64,000 nt of DNA from an uncultured Gammaproteobacteria bacterium (lineage in GTDB: Bacteria; Pseudomonadota; Gammaproteobacteria; JACCXJ01): assembly GCA_963764725.1 (NCBI GenBank), contig CAVXTM010000012.1, forward strand, positions 256,001-320,000, given 5' to 3'. Position numbers and translations under genes: made by a program. Numbering within the stretch: the first letter of the stretch is position 1; the number at the start of each line of letters is the position of its first letter. Below, one piece after another: positions 38,107 to 47,676 of the stretch. The notes beneath the pieces are model-generated. The model worked only from the letters and a program-made list of their open reading frames with translations. It ran no database searches and was not told the DNA's origin.

Positions 38107-38353
38107 GATAAGACCTGGGGGCGTGCTAGCAGCATGGCCCAGAGATAGCCAGCAAGGGGACGTGGGGCGGCAAGCGCATCGCGCCCTTCGGTCGCCGTCG
38201 GGAGAGACGCGTCATGGACAGGTCCCGCCATCGGGAGCCCAGCGCGGACGGTCGCTGCGGCACGGATGCCTGTGGTAGTATTAACGACGCTGGGGATGCA
38301 AGCCTCTGCGCACGCTTGTCACCGCTATTTTCAATAATTCAGGAGAGACAAAA

Positions 38354-38842
38354 ATGTTCAAGAAAAACGCTATATTTTCTTTAGTGTCCGCCACGGCCAT
38401 GTTGCTTCTGCCCCTCACTCAGGCGGAAGCAGGCACCGAACTCGGGATCCTGACCTGCAAAAAGATCCCAGGCTCGGAAAAAAACCTCTTGATCCACTCG
38501 AGTGCGGGATTTAACTGCGTGTATAAGACCCCGGCTGGTTTCCAAGAAAAGTACAAAGGCGAGGCTGGCATTGCCCTCGGCCTGGACCTGAGCTGGACGA
38601 AGGAAGACACCATTGCCTATACGGTGATGGGAGTGGCTGAGGGCACCAAATTGCCGCCCGGTGCGTTCGTCGGCACTTACACGGGGGGAACCGCCTCGGC
38701 GGCATTTGGCCTCGGTGTAGGCGCCAAGGTGCTGGTGGGTGGCGGAAATTCCAATGTTGCCCTCAGTCCCCTGGCCTTGGAGGCAAGCAAGGGATTCGGA
38801 GCCTCCGCAGGGATCGGCTATCTCACGTTGGTGAAAGAATAA
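38354..38842 (+). CDS. Exported DUF992-like protein
   Basis: Signal peptide; G.LTC, SS....C.Y, G.Y.G..ASA..G.G.G..VLVGG.....L.P. Confidence 0.7.
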   Translation: MFKKNAIFSLVSATAMLLLPLTQAEAGTELGILTCKKIPGSEKNLLIHSSAGFNCVYKTPAGFQEKYKGEAGIALGLDLSWTKEDTIAYTVMGVAEGTKLPPGAFVGTYTGGTASAAFGLGVGAKVLVGGGNSNVALSPLALEASKGFGASAGIGYLTLVKE

Positions 38843-39042
38843 GTTTTTCCGTAAACCCGCGTATAGATGGACCCCAGCCGGTTTGCAAGGCGAGAAACGC
38901 CGATAGCCGATTCACGGAAAGACTGCACGCATATATCCGGCCTTTTAATGAGCACGGTGTCGGGCTCTGAACCTGCGGGCGAAACGTGACACAGCGCTAT
39001 TTGTTGTTTCAAACTTGGCGTGATCTGCGCAAACGACCCGCC

Positions 39043-39801
39043 TCACCCGCACTTCGGCTCCCGGCCCCGGGCCCGCGCCTGCTCGTACAGGGGCACTGCC
39101 TGCGGCAAGCGGCTCTCTAGGTCGCGAATACGGGTATCGCTGGAAGGGTGCGTTGACAGGATCTCCGGTGGTGTGGCACTGCCTTGCCTGGACATGTTGA
39201 CCCAGAGCTTCGGCGCTTCGCGCGGATCGAAGCCGGCCTGCGCCATGTACTGCAAGCCGAGGACGTCGGCCTCGCTCTCGTCGCCGCGCGAGTACGGCAA
39301 GAGAACCAAGAGATTGGCACCGACGCCGATCAATTGCGGGTCGATACCAGTGGCGCTCCCGAGCACGGAGGCGCCGAGCTGTGCCGCAAGGTCGTTCGAC
39401 ACACGTGCGGCGGAGTGGCCGGCGATGACGTGTGCCACCTCGTGGCCGATCACGGCCGCGAGTTGATCCGGGTTTTCGGTCACCTTAAGAAGACCCGTGT
39501 AGACGCCGATCTTGCCGCCCGGCAGCGCGAAGGCGTTGACCTCTTTGCTTTCGAATACCAGGACTTCCCACCGCTGACCAGGTGCCACCGCGCGCGTAAT
39601 GGCATCGGCCACGCAACCCACGTAGCGCGAGACTTTCGCATCCGAGGCCTGCGGCGTCTTCTGTTGGAGCGCCGCGAAAGCGGTGGTGCCCATCTGCGCC
39701 ATCTGCGCGTCGGACACCAACCGCAACTGCGAGCGGCCGGTAGGCGAGGTGGCGCACGCCACGGCTATCAGGGCAAAAACGGTGACGATGATCCAGCGCA
39801 T
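39043..39801 (-). CDS. M48-family zinc metallopeptidase lipoprotein
   Basis: Lipobox AVAC-ATSPTGRSQL, NAFALPGG, HEVAH, ESEAD..G, LSTHPS. Confidence 0.9.
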   Translation of the reverse strand: MRWIIVTVFALIAVACATSPTGRSQLRLVSDAQMAQMGTTAFAALQQKTPQASDAKVSRYVGCVADAITRAVAPGQRWEVLVFESKEVNAFALPGGKIGVYTGLLKVTENPDQLAAVIGHEVAHVIAGHSAARVSNDLAAQLGASVLGSATGIDPQLIGVGANLLVLLPYSRGDESEADVLGLQYMAQAGFDPREAPKLWVNMSRQGSATPPEILSTHPSSDTRIRDLESRLPQAVPLYEQARARGREPKCG

Positions 39802-39961
39802 GGGGCCTCTATTCAATAGGCAACTATGTCCATCATAGTTTACCGCTACGCGAAACGCGATCGACCTCGCCGCTTCGTGCTGGCGGCTATGCTCCGTTTC
39901 TCGATGGTGGTGTTCTTGATTGCTATCGCACTTTATACTAAGGTTTCTGCCGGAGGATCCG

Positions 39962-41143
39962 TTGGATACTGTCCTGTCTAACCCCCACCGGGAGTTCGCT
40001 TCTATGCTCGCGGGCACGGTGCTACGCGGTCAGGGACGGTTGCGGCCCGACCTCGATCGCCCTGAAAGGGTCCGCACGGTGAACGAAAGCGGCGATGCCG
40101 TCTCGCTCAACCTCGTGCCCTTCCGCGCTCCGCTCTCGAAAGCGACCGCGGCCGCGTTTTTCACCGGAGTGCGATCGCTAGAGCAACTGTTCAGCGCTTA
40201 CCGGGAGGCCGCCAAGGCGCTGCCGTTCGAGACCGATCTTGCGGAGGCGCGCGAGCGCTTGCATCCCTTCGCCGATGCCTTCATGCAAACGCTGTTTGAG
40301 GAGGCGAAGCGGTCGTTACAGGACAGCGACGCGGTGCGGATCGCGCAGTGGGTGCGCCACTTCGATATTTACGTGGCGGTGAAAGTGGTCGAGTCGCTGC
40401 TCAACAGTAAAGCCGATCTGGCCTTGCTGGAAGTGGCCGAGGAACGCGGCTGGTTCGTGCACTTCGATCACCTCGCCATCCGCTGCGGCTCGTCCGAAAC
40501 CCGCGCCGCCGCGCGCGTCGCCGAGATCCTCCAGCGCGCGCACGGCTATGTTGCTTCACAAGTCGACGAGGAGGTCTTCTATCAATTTGCCGATGGCTGG
40601 AGCGCCTATCTCCTGTATAAGATGCTGGATAACGGCCAGGTGCTGCGACTGTTCATCGATCAGTCCGATGCCGGCCATCCGGCCCAGATCATTCAGCACT
40701 GGAACCATGTATACGGTTACACCGCGCACCATCTGGCGATGCGAGCGACGCGCCTGGAGGCAGGCAGGCGCGTCGCCGTGACGCTCGATGAGATGATCGA
40801 GGCACTCTCGAACCGAGGCATCGGCATCATGGAAGCGACCGGTCATTACACGGAAGGCTTGCTGCTCCAGGTGTTCACACGGCCGGAACGGGCGGCACGC
40901 ATTCCCGAGACGATCAAAGAACTTCTCGCGGCCTATGGCGCGGGGCTCGAAACGAAGATCGAAAATGCGAAGCTTTTGGAACTGGTGTCGCGCAAGGAGA
41001 TGCCTTTGGACCTTGCACAACGTTTGTACGGCCTGTATGGACTCGACTATGAGATTAATAACCCACTGCATTCGGCGCCCGTCTACCCGTATTTCCTACC
41101 CGAGCAGGCCGCCCACGTGATTCGCACCTCGCTCCTCACCTAG
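39962..41143 (+). CDS. Hypothetical protein with an HPPD-like VOC metal-binding domain
   Basis: FDHLAIR, AHHLAMR, GLLLQVFTRP and LLELVSR mirror the His/His/Glu motifs of the HPPD C-domain. Start uncertain (TTG 39962 after ggagga, or ATG 40004). Confidence 0.55.
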   Translation: MDTVLSNPHREFASMLAGTVLRGQGRLRPDLDRPERVRTVNESGDAVSLNLVPFRAPLSKATAAAFFTGVRSLEQLFSAYREAAKALPFETDLAEARERLHPFADAFMQTLFEEAKRSLQDSDAVRIAQWVRHFDIYVAVKVVESLLNSKADLALLEVAEERGWFVHFDHLAIRCGSSETRAAARVAEILQRAHGYVASQVDEEVFYQFADGWSAYLLYKMLDNGQVLRLFIDQSDAGHPAQIIQHWNHVYGYTAHHLAMRATRLEAGRRVAVTLDEMIEALSNRGIGIMEATGHYTEGLLLQVFTRPERAARIPETIKELLAAYGAGLETKIENAKLLELVSRKEMPLDLAQRLYGLYGLDYEINNPLHSAPVYPYFLPEQAAHVIRTSLLT

Positions 41144-41213
41144 TCCAATACACACGGATCGAGCGGGTCGAGCAGCGTCCGCGCGAGGATCTTTTTTTGT
41201 ACGGAGGCCGACC

Positions 41214-41831
41214 ATGTTTGATAAGCGCACACACACCGAAGTCGCGATCGCCGATCTAATCGCGCGGCGTTGGAGCGGCCGGGCCTTTGATCCCGCCCGG
41301 CCGGTGCCTCGCAGCCAGCTCATTGCCTTGCTGGAGGCCGCGCGCTGGGCGCCGTCTTGTTTTGGTGAGCAGCCTTGGCGCTACATCGTGTGGGATCGGT
41401 TTGCCGATCCCCATCTATGGGACCGGGCTATTGCAACGCTGTCGGACGGTAATCAAGCCTGGGCCAAGGCGGCGCCGGTGCTGATGCTGGCGCTGGCCGC
41501 CGAGGCCTTTCAGCGTGACTCAAAGCCGAACCGCTGGGGGCAGTATGACACCGGGGCGGCGACGATGAACCTGTGCTTGCAAGCCACGGCGCTGGGGTTA
41601 ATGGTTAACCAGATGGGCGGGTTCGATCCGAGGAAGGCTCAAGAAAATTTCAGCCTCCCTGCTGGATTCACGCCGATGGCGATGATCGCGATCGGTTACC
41701 AGTTGCCGCAAGAAGCGATACCCGAAGCACTTAAAGAGCGCGAGCACGCGCCCCGCATGCGGCGCCCGCTCGGCGAGACTTTCTTCTACGGACGCTGGGG
41801 GGAGGCGATCATTGATCCGGCTTGCGAGTGA
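41214..41831 (+). CDS. Nitroreductase-family protein
   Basis: RRWSGRAF, AARWAPSCFGEQPWRY, YDTGAA, QMGGFD. Confidence 0.9.
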   Translation: MFDKRTHTEVAIADLIARRWSGRAFDPARPVPRSQLIALLEAARWAPSCFGEQPWRYIVWDRFADPHLWDRAIATLSDGNQAWAKAAPVLMLALAAEAFQRDSKPNRWGQYDTGAATMNLCLQATALGLMVNQMGGFDPRKAQENFSLPAGFTPMAMIAIGYQLPQEAIPEALKEREHAPRMRRPLGETFFYGRWGEAIIDPACE

Positions 41832-42209
41832 AGCGAATGATGCGGCGCCGGTCGCGTTTGCTGGGGCGCCCCGGCAACCGGGGTTGGGTCAGGGCTTGAG
41901 CCCGTAACTCAAGCGCTAAGGCTTCGCGGCGGATCACGCTTTCCGCTGACTCCCGGAATAAGCGGGCGGCTGCAGTTGCCGGTCCGCGCTGGGCCGAGAC
42001 GCCTAGGACGGAATGACGTAATGGGTAAAGGGTCCGCGTTGGATGCGTAGCTCATCGTGGATGTGAACTGATCGCGCCGGTTTTGGCTTGTGGCCATTGA
42101 CTTCGATCTTGCCGCCCTTGATCGCCTCGGTGGCCAAGGCGCGGGTTTTGAACAAACGGGCAGCCCAAAGCCATTTGTCGAGCCGGATCTCTGGGTGTTC
42201 TTCTGGCAC
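41809..42209 (-). pseudogene. hslR: Ribosome-associated heat-shock protein Hsp15, frameshifted near 42011
   Basis: S4 domain RLDKWLWAARLFKTR...KPARSV; after the shift the frame continues VLGVSAQRGPA...GRPSKRDRRRIIRF to a stop at 41809. Confidence 0.85.
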
Positions 42210-42284
42210 TGGCGTCGCGTCTATCGGCGGGCAACAAGCTATAATAACGGTAAACGCGCCTCTAGCGCGCAAGCAGAGGCAAGC

Positions 42285-42824
42285 ATGCCGGAACCTATGA
42301 GACGGGACGATTCTCGGGGCTTTCTAGCGCTCGACATCGCGATCTTGACGGTCTCCGATACCCGCACGCCGGAAACCGACAAATCGGGGCGCTTATTGGT
42401 GGAACGCCTGCAGACGGCCGGTCACCGGCTGCACGCGAAGCGCATCGTGCCCGATGACATTTACAAGATCCGGACGCTGATCGCGGGTTGGTGTGCGGAT
42501 GACGGGGTGCCGGTCGTCATCACGACAGGTGGTACGGGGATCACCGGACGGGACGGGACGCCGGAGGCCGTCAGACCCCTCTTCGACCGGGAGCTCGACG
42601 GCTTCGGGGAACTCTTCAGGCTTATCTCCTACGAGGAGATTGGGAGCTCCACTATTCAATCGCGCGCGCTTGCGGGTGTCTCGAACCGCACGCTGATTTT
42701 TTGCCTTCCGGGCTCCCCGGGCGCCTGCGCCACCGCATGGGATGCGATCATTCAAAATCAGCTCGACTACCGCACTCGGCCATGTAACCTCGCGGAGCTG
42801 ATCCCGAGACTGGCGGAAAAATAG
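42285..42824 (+). CDS. moaB: Molybdenum cofactor biosynthesis protein B
   Basis: IAILTVSDTR...DKSG, TTGGTG..GRDGTPEA, GFGELFR, QSRA, LPGSPGAC, RPCN. Confidence 0.93.
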   Translation: MPEPMRRDDSRGFLALDIAILTVSDTRTPETDKSGRLLVERLQTAGHRLHAKRIVPDDIYKIRTLIAGWCADDGVPVVITTGGTGITGRDGTPEAVRPLFDRELDGFGELFRLISYEEIGSSTIQSRALAGVSNRTLIFCLPGSPGACATAWDAIIQNQLDYRTRPCNLAELIPRLAEK

Positions 42825-42849
42825 CGGGCTCGTCGCAAACTGCGCTTGA

Positions 42850-43041
42850 GCGTTTGCCTGGGGACGGCGTGGAGCGGCTGTCCTATGCCTAGGGATCGTG
42901 TTATTTTGCGGGAGCCTGTATATTAAGGCAATCGTCGGCTATGCGCCGGCAGGCAAGTTCGCCCCGATTGGCGGGCTGGCGTTGATTGCCGGGTGGGTGC
43001 TTATAGCCATCGGAATGCTGAAATCTAGGCATCCGTTTTGA
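42850..43041 (+). pseudogene. C-terminal remnant of a DUF423 (YgdD/TMEM256) membrane protein
   Basis: Frame not in the ORF track reads LGIVLFCGSLY...FAPIGGLALIAGW..., stop at 43039-43041; N-terminal half absent. Confidence 0.7.
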
Positions 43042-43119
43042 ATGAGATCTCGCGATCGTAATGACTACGCGAGGCTACGCTAATGAAATGCAACCATAGG
43101 GTCAGCAATTTCCAGTATT

Positions 43120-44055
43120 TTGTCATGGGCCGGCCTGCTGTTGGCGGCGAATTGCTTGTTCGTCCCTCCGGTGTTAGCTGACACGTACCGGCTTCCACAA
43201 GGGTTGGATAACGTCGTCGGGGCACTGGGCGTAACCTCGACCGAATACCAGGATACGCTCGTCGATATCGCCCGCGCCTACGATCAAGGTTACGACGAGA
43301 TGAAACTCGCGAATCCGAAGGTAGACCCGTGGCTCCCGGGCGCGGATACCGAGGTGCTCATCCCAAGTCAATTCATACTGCCGGACGCCCCGCGGGAAGG
43401 GATTGTTATCAACGTCCCCGAAATGCGCCTCTATTTTTTTCCGCGGCCACAGGCAGGCGAGCCGCGCGTCGTGGTGACCTATCCGATCAGCGTCGGGCGG
43501 CAGGATTGGAAAACGCCGCTCGGGCTCACCCAGGTGGTCGCGAAAACCGTCAATCCCGCCTGGTATCCACCGGAGTCGATCCGGCGCGAGCACGCGGCGG
43601 ACGGCGATCCGCTGCCGAAAGTGGTTCCGCCGGGTCCGGACAATCCCCTCGGGCAATACGCATTGCGTTTAGGGCGCGAAGGCTATCTTATCCATGGAAC
43701 CGATAAACCCTACGGTATCGGTATGCGTGTGACTCATGGGTGCATGCGCCTCTATCCGAGGGATATCGAGCGCTTGTTCTCCGAAGTCCGCGTGGGAACA
43801 AAGGTACGGATCGTCAATCAGCCATTTAAGCTCGGCTGGCTTAATGGCGCGTTATACGTTGAAACCCACCCGCCGCTCGATGAAGATGCCCAAGCCGCCG
43901 AACACGGTTTCACGCACCTTGTGGGCAGGGTGAGTAATGCCGCAAACGGTCAGCAGGTCGATATGGATCAATTGGAAAAGGCGGCTTCGGACCGCCACGG
44001 AATCCCGGTCCCGATAAATCTTACCTCGAGCGCGGCCACGATTTCAGAGATGTAG
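43120..44055 (+). CDS. L,D-transpeptidase (ErfK/YcfS-like)
   Basis: ANPKVDPWLP, GIVINVPEMRLY, VPPGPDNPLG, YLIHGT..P.GIGMRVTHGCMRL. True start may be ATG 43083 if there is a 1-nt indel. Confidence 0.92.
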   Translation: MSWAGLLLAANCLFVPPVLADTYRLPQGLDNVVGALGVTSTEYQDTLVDIARAYDQGYDEMKLANPKVDPWLPGADTEVLIPSQFILPDAPREGIVINVPEMRLYFFPRPQAGEPRVVVTYPISVGRQDWKTPLGLTQVVAKTVNPAWYPPESIRREHAADGDPLPKVVPPGPDNPLGQYALRLGREGYLIHGTDKPYGIGMRVTHGCMRLYPRDIERLFSEVRVGTKVRIVNQPFKLGWLNGALYVETHPPLDEDAQAAEHGFTHLVGRVSNAANGQQVDMDQLEKAASDRHGIPVPINLTSSAATISEM

Positions 44056-44081
44056 GCGACTCGCCTGGCCAGGAAAGCGCG

Positions 44082-44114
44082 AAAAACCCCTGTAACGGCT
44101 GCGCCGTTACAGGG
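44082..44114 (-). terminator. Intrinsic terminator for the lipoprotein gene
   Basis: 12-bp stem CCCTGTAACGGC/GCCGTTACAGGG; A-run 44082-44086 gives a U-tract on the minus strand. Confidence 0.7.
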
Positions 44115-44140
44115 TATCAACATTCAGTGATTGCCTGCCG

Positions 44141-44431
44141 TTACTTCTGCATTGACCTTTGGAACATGCGGTCAATCTTGTCAGAGGTCTCGGTGCAGCA
44201 CAATTGAGCCGCGTCCGCGGCAGCCTTCGCTTCTGTCGAAACGGAGGCGGCGTTATCGGCAGCCGCTTGTGCGGCGCCGGCCGTTTGTTGGGCGGCTTGG
44301 GCAGTGCTCAGGGCGTTGTTGGCGGTGGCTTCTACACGCTCCAAATCCCCGGTGGTAGCACATCCCGCTGTAAGACCCACTGAAACAGCTAGGACGGTAG
44401 TGCGTGCTGCGTTTATCAAGGTGCTTTGCAT
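44141..44431 (-). CDS. Lpp/OprI-like alanine-zipper lipoprotein
   Basis: Lipobox LTAG-C, Ala-rich coiled coil, KIDRMFQRSMQK with terminal Lys; RBS aaggag. Confidence 0.85.
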   Translation of the reverse strand: MQSTLINAARTTVLAVSVGLTAGCATTGDLERVEATANNALSTAQAAQQTAGAAQAAADNAASVSTEAKAAADAAQLCCTETSDKIDRMFQRSMQK

Positions 44432-44729
44432 AATTGCTCTCCTTCTTCGTTTATTGGTGGCCCCCATGAATACTTAGATTCATGCCTCATCCATAATGAA
44501 CTATTTTATCGCGATGCGCAATTCTCTTGATCTAGCTTCGTAACACTGGTGGGCCGAATCGCCTCGCACAGGCCTAGCAAAATCAACGCCGTGGCGCCTC
44601 GTCTCTCCTGATGCTCATAAATGCGGAGGTCGGGAGCTTCGATTCCTACCGCAATAGCCCACAGTGTTACATGCGATTCGCGGGATCCATGAGATAATCC
44701 AAGGGCACGTCGAGACAACCGCTTAATGC

Positions 44730-45923
44730 CTAGTGACCCCCGACGATTGCCTGAATCCCTGTCACCAGACGCGCGGCGCCTTCTCGGGCGGTATCGGGGT
44801 CAAGTGCTCCAAAGGACACGCGCAGGTAGCATCCGCATTCCATTCCGAACGTGGTGCCGGGTATGACCGCTACCCGGTACTGCATGATGAGCTTCTGCAC
44901 GACTTGCATCGGGTGTAGGTGCGTGCGTAATTTAATGAATACGTAGAGCGCACCTTCGGTTTGCGGCGTGATGCAGATCTCATCGATCTGCCCTAAAGCA
45001 TCGAGCACGATGGCGCGCGTCCCGCGGATGGTGGCGAGCTTCTCACTGCAATACCGTGAACCCTCCTCGAGCGCGCCGATAGCGGCGTACTGGGAAATCA
45101 ACGGCGCACAGATTAGATTCGTATCCTGGGCTTTAAGCACGGAGTTATAGAGGTGTTCGGGGAGCACCATGTAACCGATACGCCAACTCGCGAACCCATA
45201 AGCCTTGGAGAGCGAATACAGAGAGATCGTATGCGCCTCGGAACCAGGGAGCGAACTTGGAGAGAGGTGGCGGGCCTCACCATAGGTAAAGTTTTCGTAG
45301 GCCTCGTCACTGAGGTGGTAAAGCCCGTGATCCCGACACAGGGAATTGACCTCTCGCAGTGTCGCCGCAGGATAGACGGCGCCACTCGGGTTGTTAGGAG
45401 AAATCGTCACAATCGCGCGCGTCTTTGGGGTGATCGCCTGGCGAATGAGATCCGATTTCAGTTGATAGCGCTCATCGGTCGGAACCGCGATCGGTATGCA
45501 GTTCAGCATTCTGATCGCCATTTCCTGATTAAAATAGTAAGGCAACGGCAGCACGATTTCGTCGCCCGGATCGGCGATGGCCATCAGGGCATGAAGAAAC
45601 CCCATGTTGGCGCCCGCGGTGACGACGATGCGGCGTTTTTCATCACACAATACGGCGTTTTCGGTATGCAGCTTTTGAACGATCAATTCAATGAGACGCG
45701 GCGTTCCTTGGACAGGCGCATATTTGTGGTTTTCAGGATCCGACAGGAAATCGCCTATCCGCTGCGCGGCGCGCGCGGGCGGGCCATAAAACACGACCCC
45801 TTGGCCTAATGAAATCGTACCGCGATGAATCCTGATAAGCTCGGCAACCGCGGGAATGATCGGTGCCCGAACCTGCAGCATCCTCTGACTTGCGGCGGTT
45901 GTCTTCCGGGCCGAAGTAGTCAC
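44730..45923 (-). CDS. Class I/II PLP-dependent aminotransferase
   Basis: ISLGQG, SPNNPSG, SDEAY, SLSKAYGFASWRIGY, YLRVSF. Confidence 0.92.
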   Translation of the reverse strand: MTTSARKTTAASQRMLQVRAPIIPAVAELIRIHRGTISLGQGVVFYGPPARAAQRIGDFLSDPENHKYAPVQGTPRLIELIVQKLHTENAVLCDEKRRIVVTAGANMGFLHALMAIADPGDEIVLPLPYYFNQEMAIRMLNCIPIAVPTDERYQLKSDLIRQAITPKTRAIVTISPNNPSGAVYPAATLREVNSLCRDHGLYHLSDEAYENFTYGEARHLSPSSLPGSEAHTISLYSLSKAYGFASWRIGYMVLPEHLYNSVLKAQDTNLICAPLISQYAAIGALEEGSRYCSEKLATIRGTRAIVLDALGQIDEICITPQTEGALYVFIKLRTHLHPMQVVQKLIMQYRVAVIPGTTFGMECGCYLRVSFGALDPDTAREGAARLVTGIQAIVGGH

Positions 45924-46107
45924 CTGGCGGTCAAAACGTTACGCCGCCGGATACACAGTGTCCCCGGTTCTTTTCCCGAGCAGCGAGCGAGGGGGGACTG
46001 CCAGCTAATCAAGGCCTGACTCGCGCAGACCTCATCTTCGCCGACGATAGAGAACTCATGGGTACCCACCATCATGGGCTAGGCGGCGGGTGGCTGCGCG
46101 TAGAGAG

Positions 46108-46683
46108 TCAGTGTCTCAGGCTTAACAGGCGATGCTGGGTATTGAATTGCGTCTTTAGGAACTGCATCTGATCCGCCAGGATACGCCGATTCGAGAGCGC
46201 GAGGAACTCGGCCCAATTGGGCACGTAGGGAACGGCCAATAGGGCTACTCCGGCTTCCTCGGGCCTGCGGTTGCCCTTGTGCGTATTGCACCCCTTGCAC
46301 GCGGCCACGACGTTCGACCAACGATCGTATCCCCCGCGCGATAGGGGGATGACATGGTCGCGGGTGAGCTGCGATGCGGCATACTCCTCGCCGCAATACA
46401 TGCACAGGTGTCCATCGCGTAAGAACAGCTCGCGATTATTCAAGGGGGGGATGCCACGCTGACCGTGTTTGATCCCGCGCGCACGCTTAACGGCAATGAT
46501 GGAATTGACCGTGATCGACGAACGCTGACCGGTTAGGCTGGACGTACCACCGAAAAAGGTGAATACCCGTTCGCCCGCGGTCCATGCGATTCTGTTCTTG
46601 CTATAAAGACAGACCGCATCGTGCCACGGTATCCATCGGAGCGGCGACCCGGTAACATCCAATCGCAAAATGAGCGGTGCCAT
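46108..46683 (-). CDS. HNH endonuclease
   Basis: LFLRD..LCMYCG, TRDHVIPLSRGG...W.NVVAACKGCN..K. Confidence 0.9.
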   Translation of the reverse strand: MAPLILRLDVTGSPLRWIPWHDAVCLYSKNRIAWTAGERVFTFFGGTSSLTGQRSSITVNSIIAVKRARGIKHGQRGIPPLNNRELFLRDGHLCMYCGEEYAASQLTRDHVIPLSRGGYDRWSNVVAACKGCNTHKGNRRPEEAGVALLAVPYVPNWAEFLALSNRRILADQMQFLKTQFNTQHRLLSLRH

Positions 46684-46797
46684 AACTCAGCGTCCGAGGT
46701 ACGGAATATCAATCGTGCGCGCGTTCACAGTGCCCTTACGCATAAGTGCTCCTTTGTATGCGAAAAAGAACAGGAGATCAAGTCACGGCGAGGGCTT

Positions 46798-47601
46798 ATG
46801 GGAAATATAGAATCGCTTATCGAGATCATGGCCAGGCTCCGCGATCCCGAACGCGGTTGTCCTTGGGATCGCGAGCAGACCTTCGCGTCACTCGCACCGC
46901 ACACGCTCGAGGAAACCTACGAAGTCATCGATGCGATCGAAGGCGGCCGGATCGAGGATTTGCGCGAAGAGCTGGGAGACCTGTTGTTCCAGGTGGTGTT
47001 TTACTCACAATTGGCAAGCGAGCAGGGAGTGTTCGGCTTGGATGAAGTGGCCGCTACCCTGATCGATAAGCTCATCCGCCGGCATCCGCATGTGTTCGCG
47101 AACGCGGTCGTGATCGGTACCGATCAGCAGTCCGCGGCGTGGGAAGCGCACAAAACCAAGGAACGCGCGGCTAAAGACGCTAACGCAACCAGCATCCTCG
47201 ACGGTATCGCCTCGGCGCTTCCGGCGCTCCTACGGGCCGTAAAGCTCCAGCGGCGCGCGGCCGCCGTAGGCTTCGATTGGGCTGAGATCGGCGCCGTTCT
47301 TGACGCCGTAATGGGTGAGCTTAACGAGGTCCGCGCAGCGCTCGGCGGTGGGGACGCGACGCACATCGCCGAGGAAATCGGTGATTTGTTGTTTGCGTGT
47401 GTCAATTTGGCGCGGTTCGCGTGCGTCGATCCTGAGTCGGCGTTGCGGTCGGCCAATCAAAAATTCGAGCGCCGGTTTCGCTACATAGAACAGCGGTTAC
47501 AGGCGCAAGGCCAGTCCGTGAACGACGCCACGCTTGCGGAGATGGATGCTCTGTGGGAAGAGGCCAAGCGGGACGTCCCGAAAAAAAAGAGGGCGCCATA
47601 G
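46798..47601 (+). CDS. mazG: Nucleoside triphosphate pyrophosphohydrolase
   Basis: LRDPERGCPWDREQT, EELGDLLFQVVF, RRHPHVF, EEIGDLLF, KFERRF. Confidence 0.96.
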   Translation: MGNIESLIEIMARLRDPERGCPWDREQTFASLAPHTLEETYEVIDAIEGGRIEDLREELGDLLFQVVFYSQLASEQGVFGLDEVAATLIDKLIRRHPHVFANAVVIGTDQQSAAWEAHKTKERAAKDANATSILDGIASALPALLRAVKLQRRAAAVGFDWAEIGAVLDAVMGELNEVRAALGGGDATHIAEEIGDLLFACVNLARFACVDPESALRSANQKFERRFRYIEQRLQAQGQSVNDATLAEMDALWEEAKRDVPKKKRAP

Positions 47602-47650
47602 GCGCCCTCGAAGACCAAAAGGAGGAGGCACAGTCGAACAGACTTGTGCT
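47581..47650 (-). ncRNA. Candidate ~70-nt trans-acting sRNA with anti-SD seed (MmgR/suhB-like architecture)
   Basis: Predicted RNA AGCACAAGUCUGUUCGACUGUGC-CUCCUCCUUUUGGUCUUC-GAGGGCGCCUAUGGCGCCCUC-U8: 5' hairpin, unpaired CUCCUCC, strong terminator. Starts 12 nt after a sigma54-type -12 GC. Confidence 0.7.
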
Positions 47651-47661
47651 GCGCTAAAAAG

Positions 47662-47676
47662 GCACAATAAATGCCA
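47662..47676 (-). promoter_or_regulatory. Sigma54-type -24/-12 promoter for the candidate sRNA
   Basis: Minus strand TGGCATTTATTGTGC (GG-N10-GC); IHF-like ATTCAAGAGGTTA at ~47696-47708 just upstream. Confidence 0.6.

Noticed and set aside
46108-47601. HNH + MazG as an anti-phage pair
   Set aside because: Divergent orientation, host-like composition, and MazG is the ordinary two-domain housekeeping form.
47589-47609. Hairpin as the mazG terminator
   Set aside because: It overlaps the mazG stop and its U-tract is on the minus strand, so it was assigned to the candidate sRNA.
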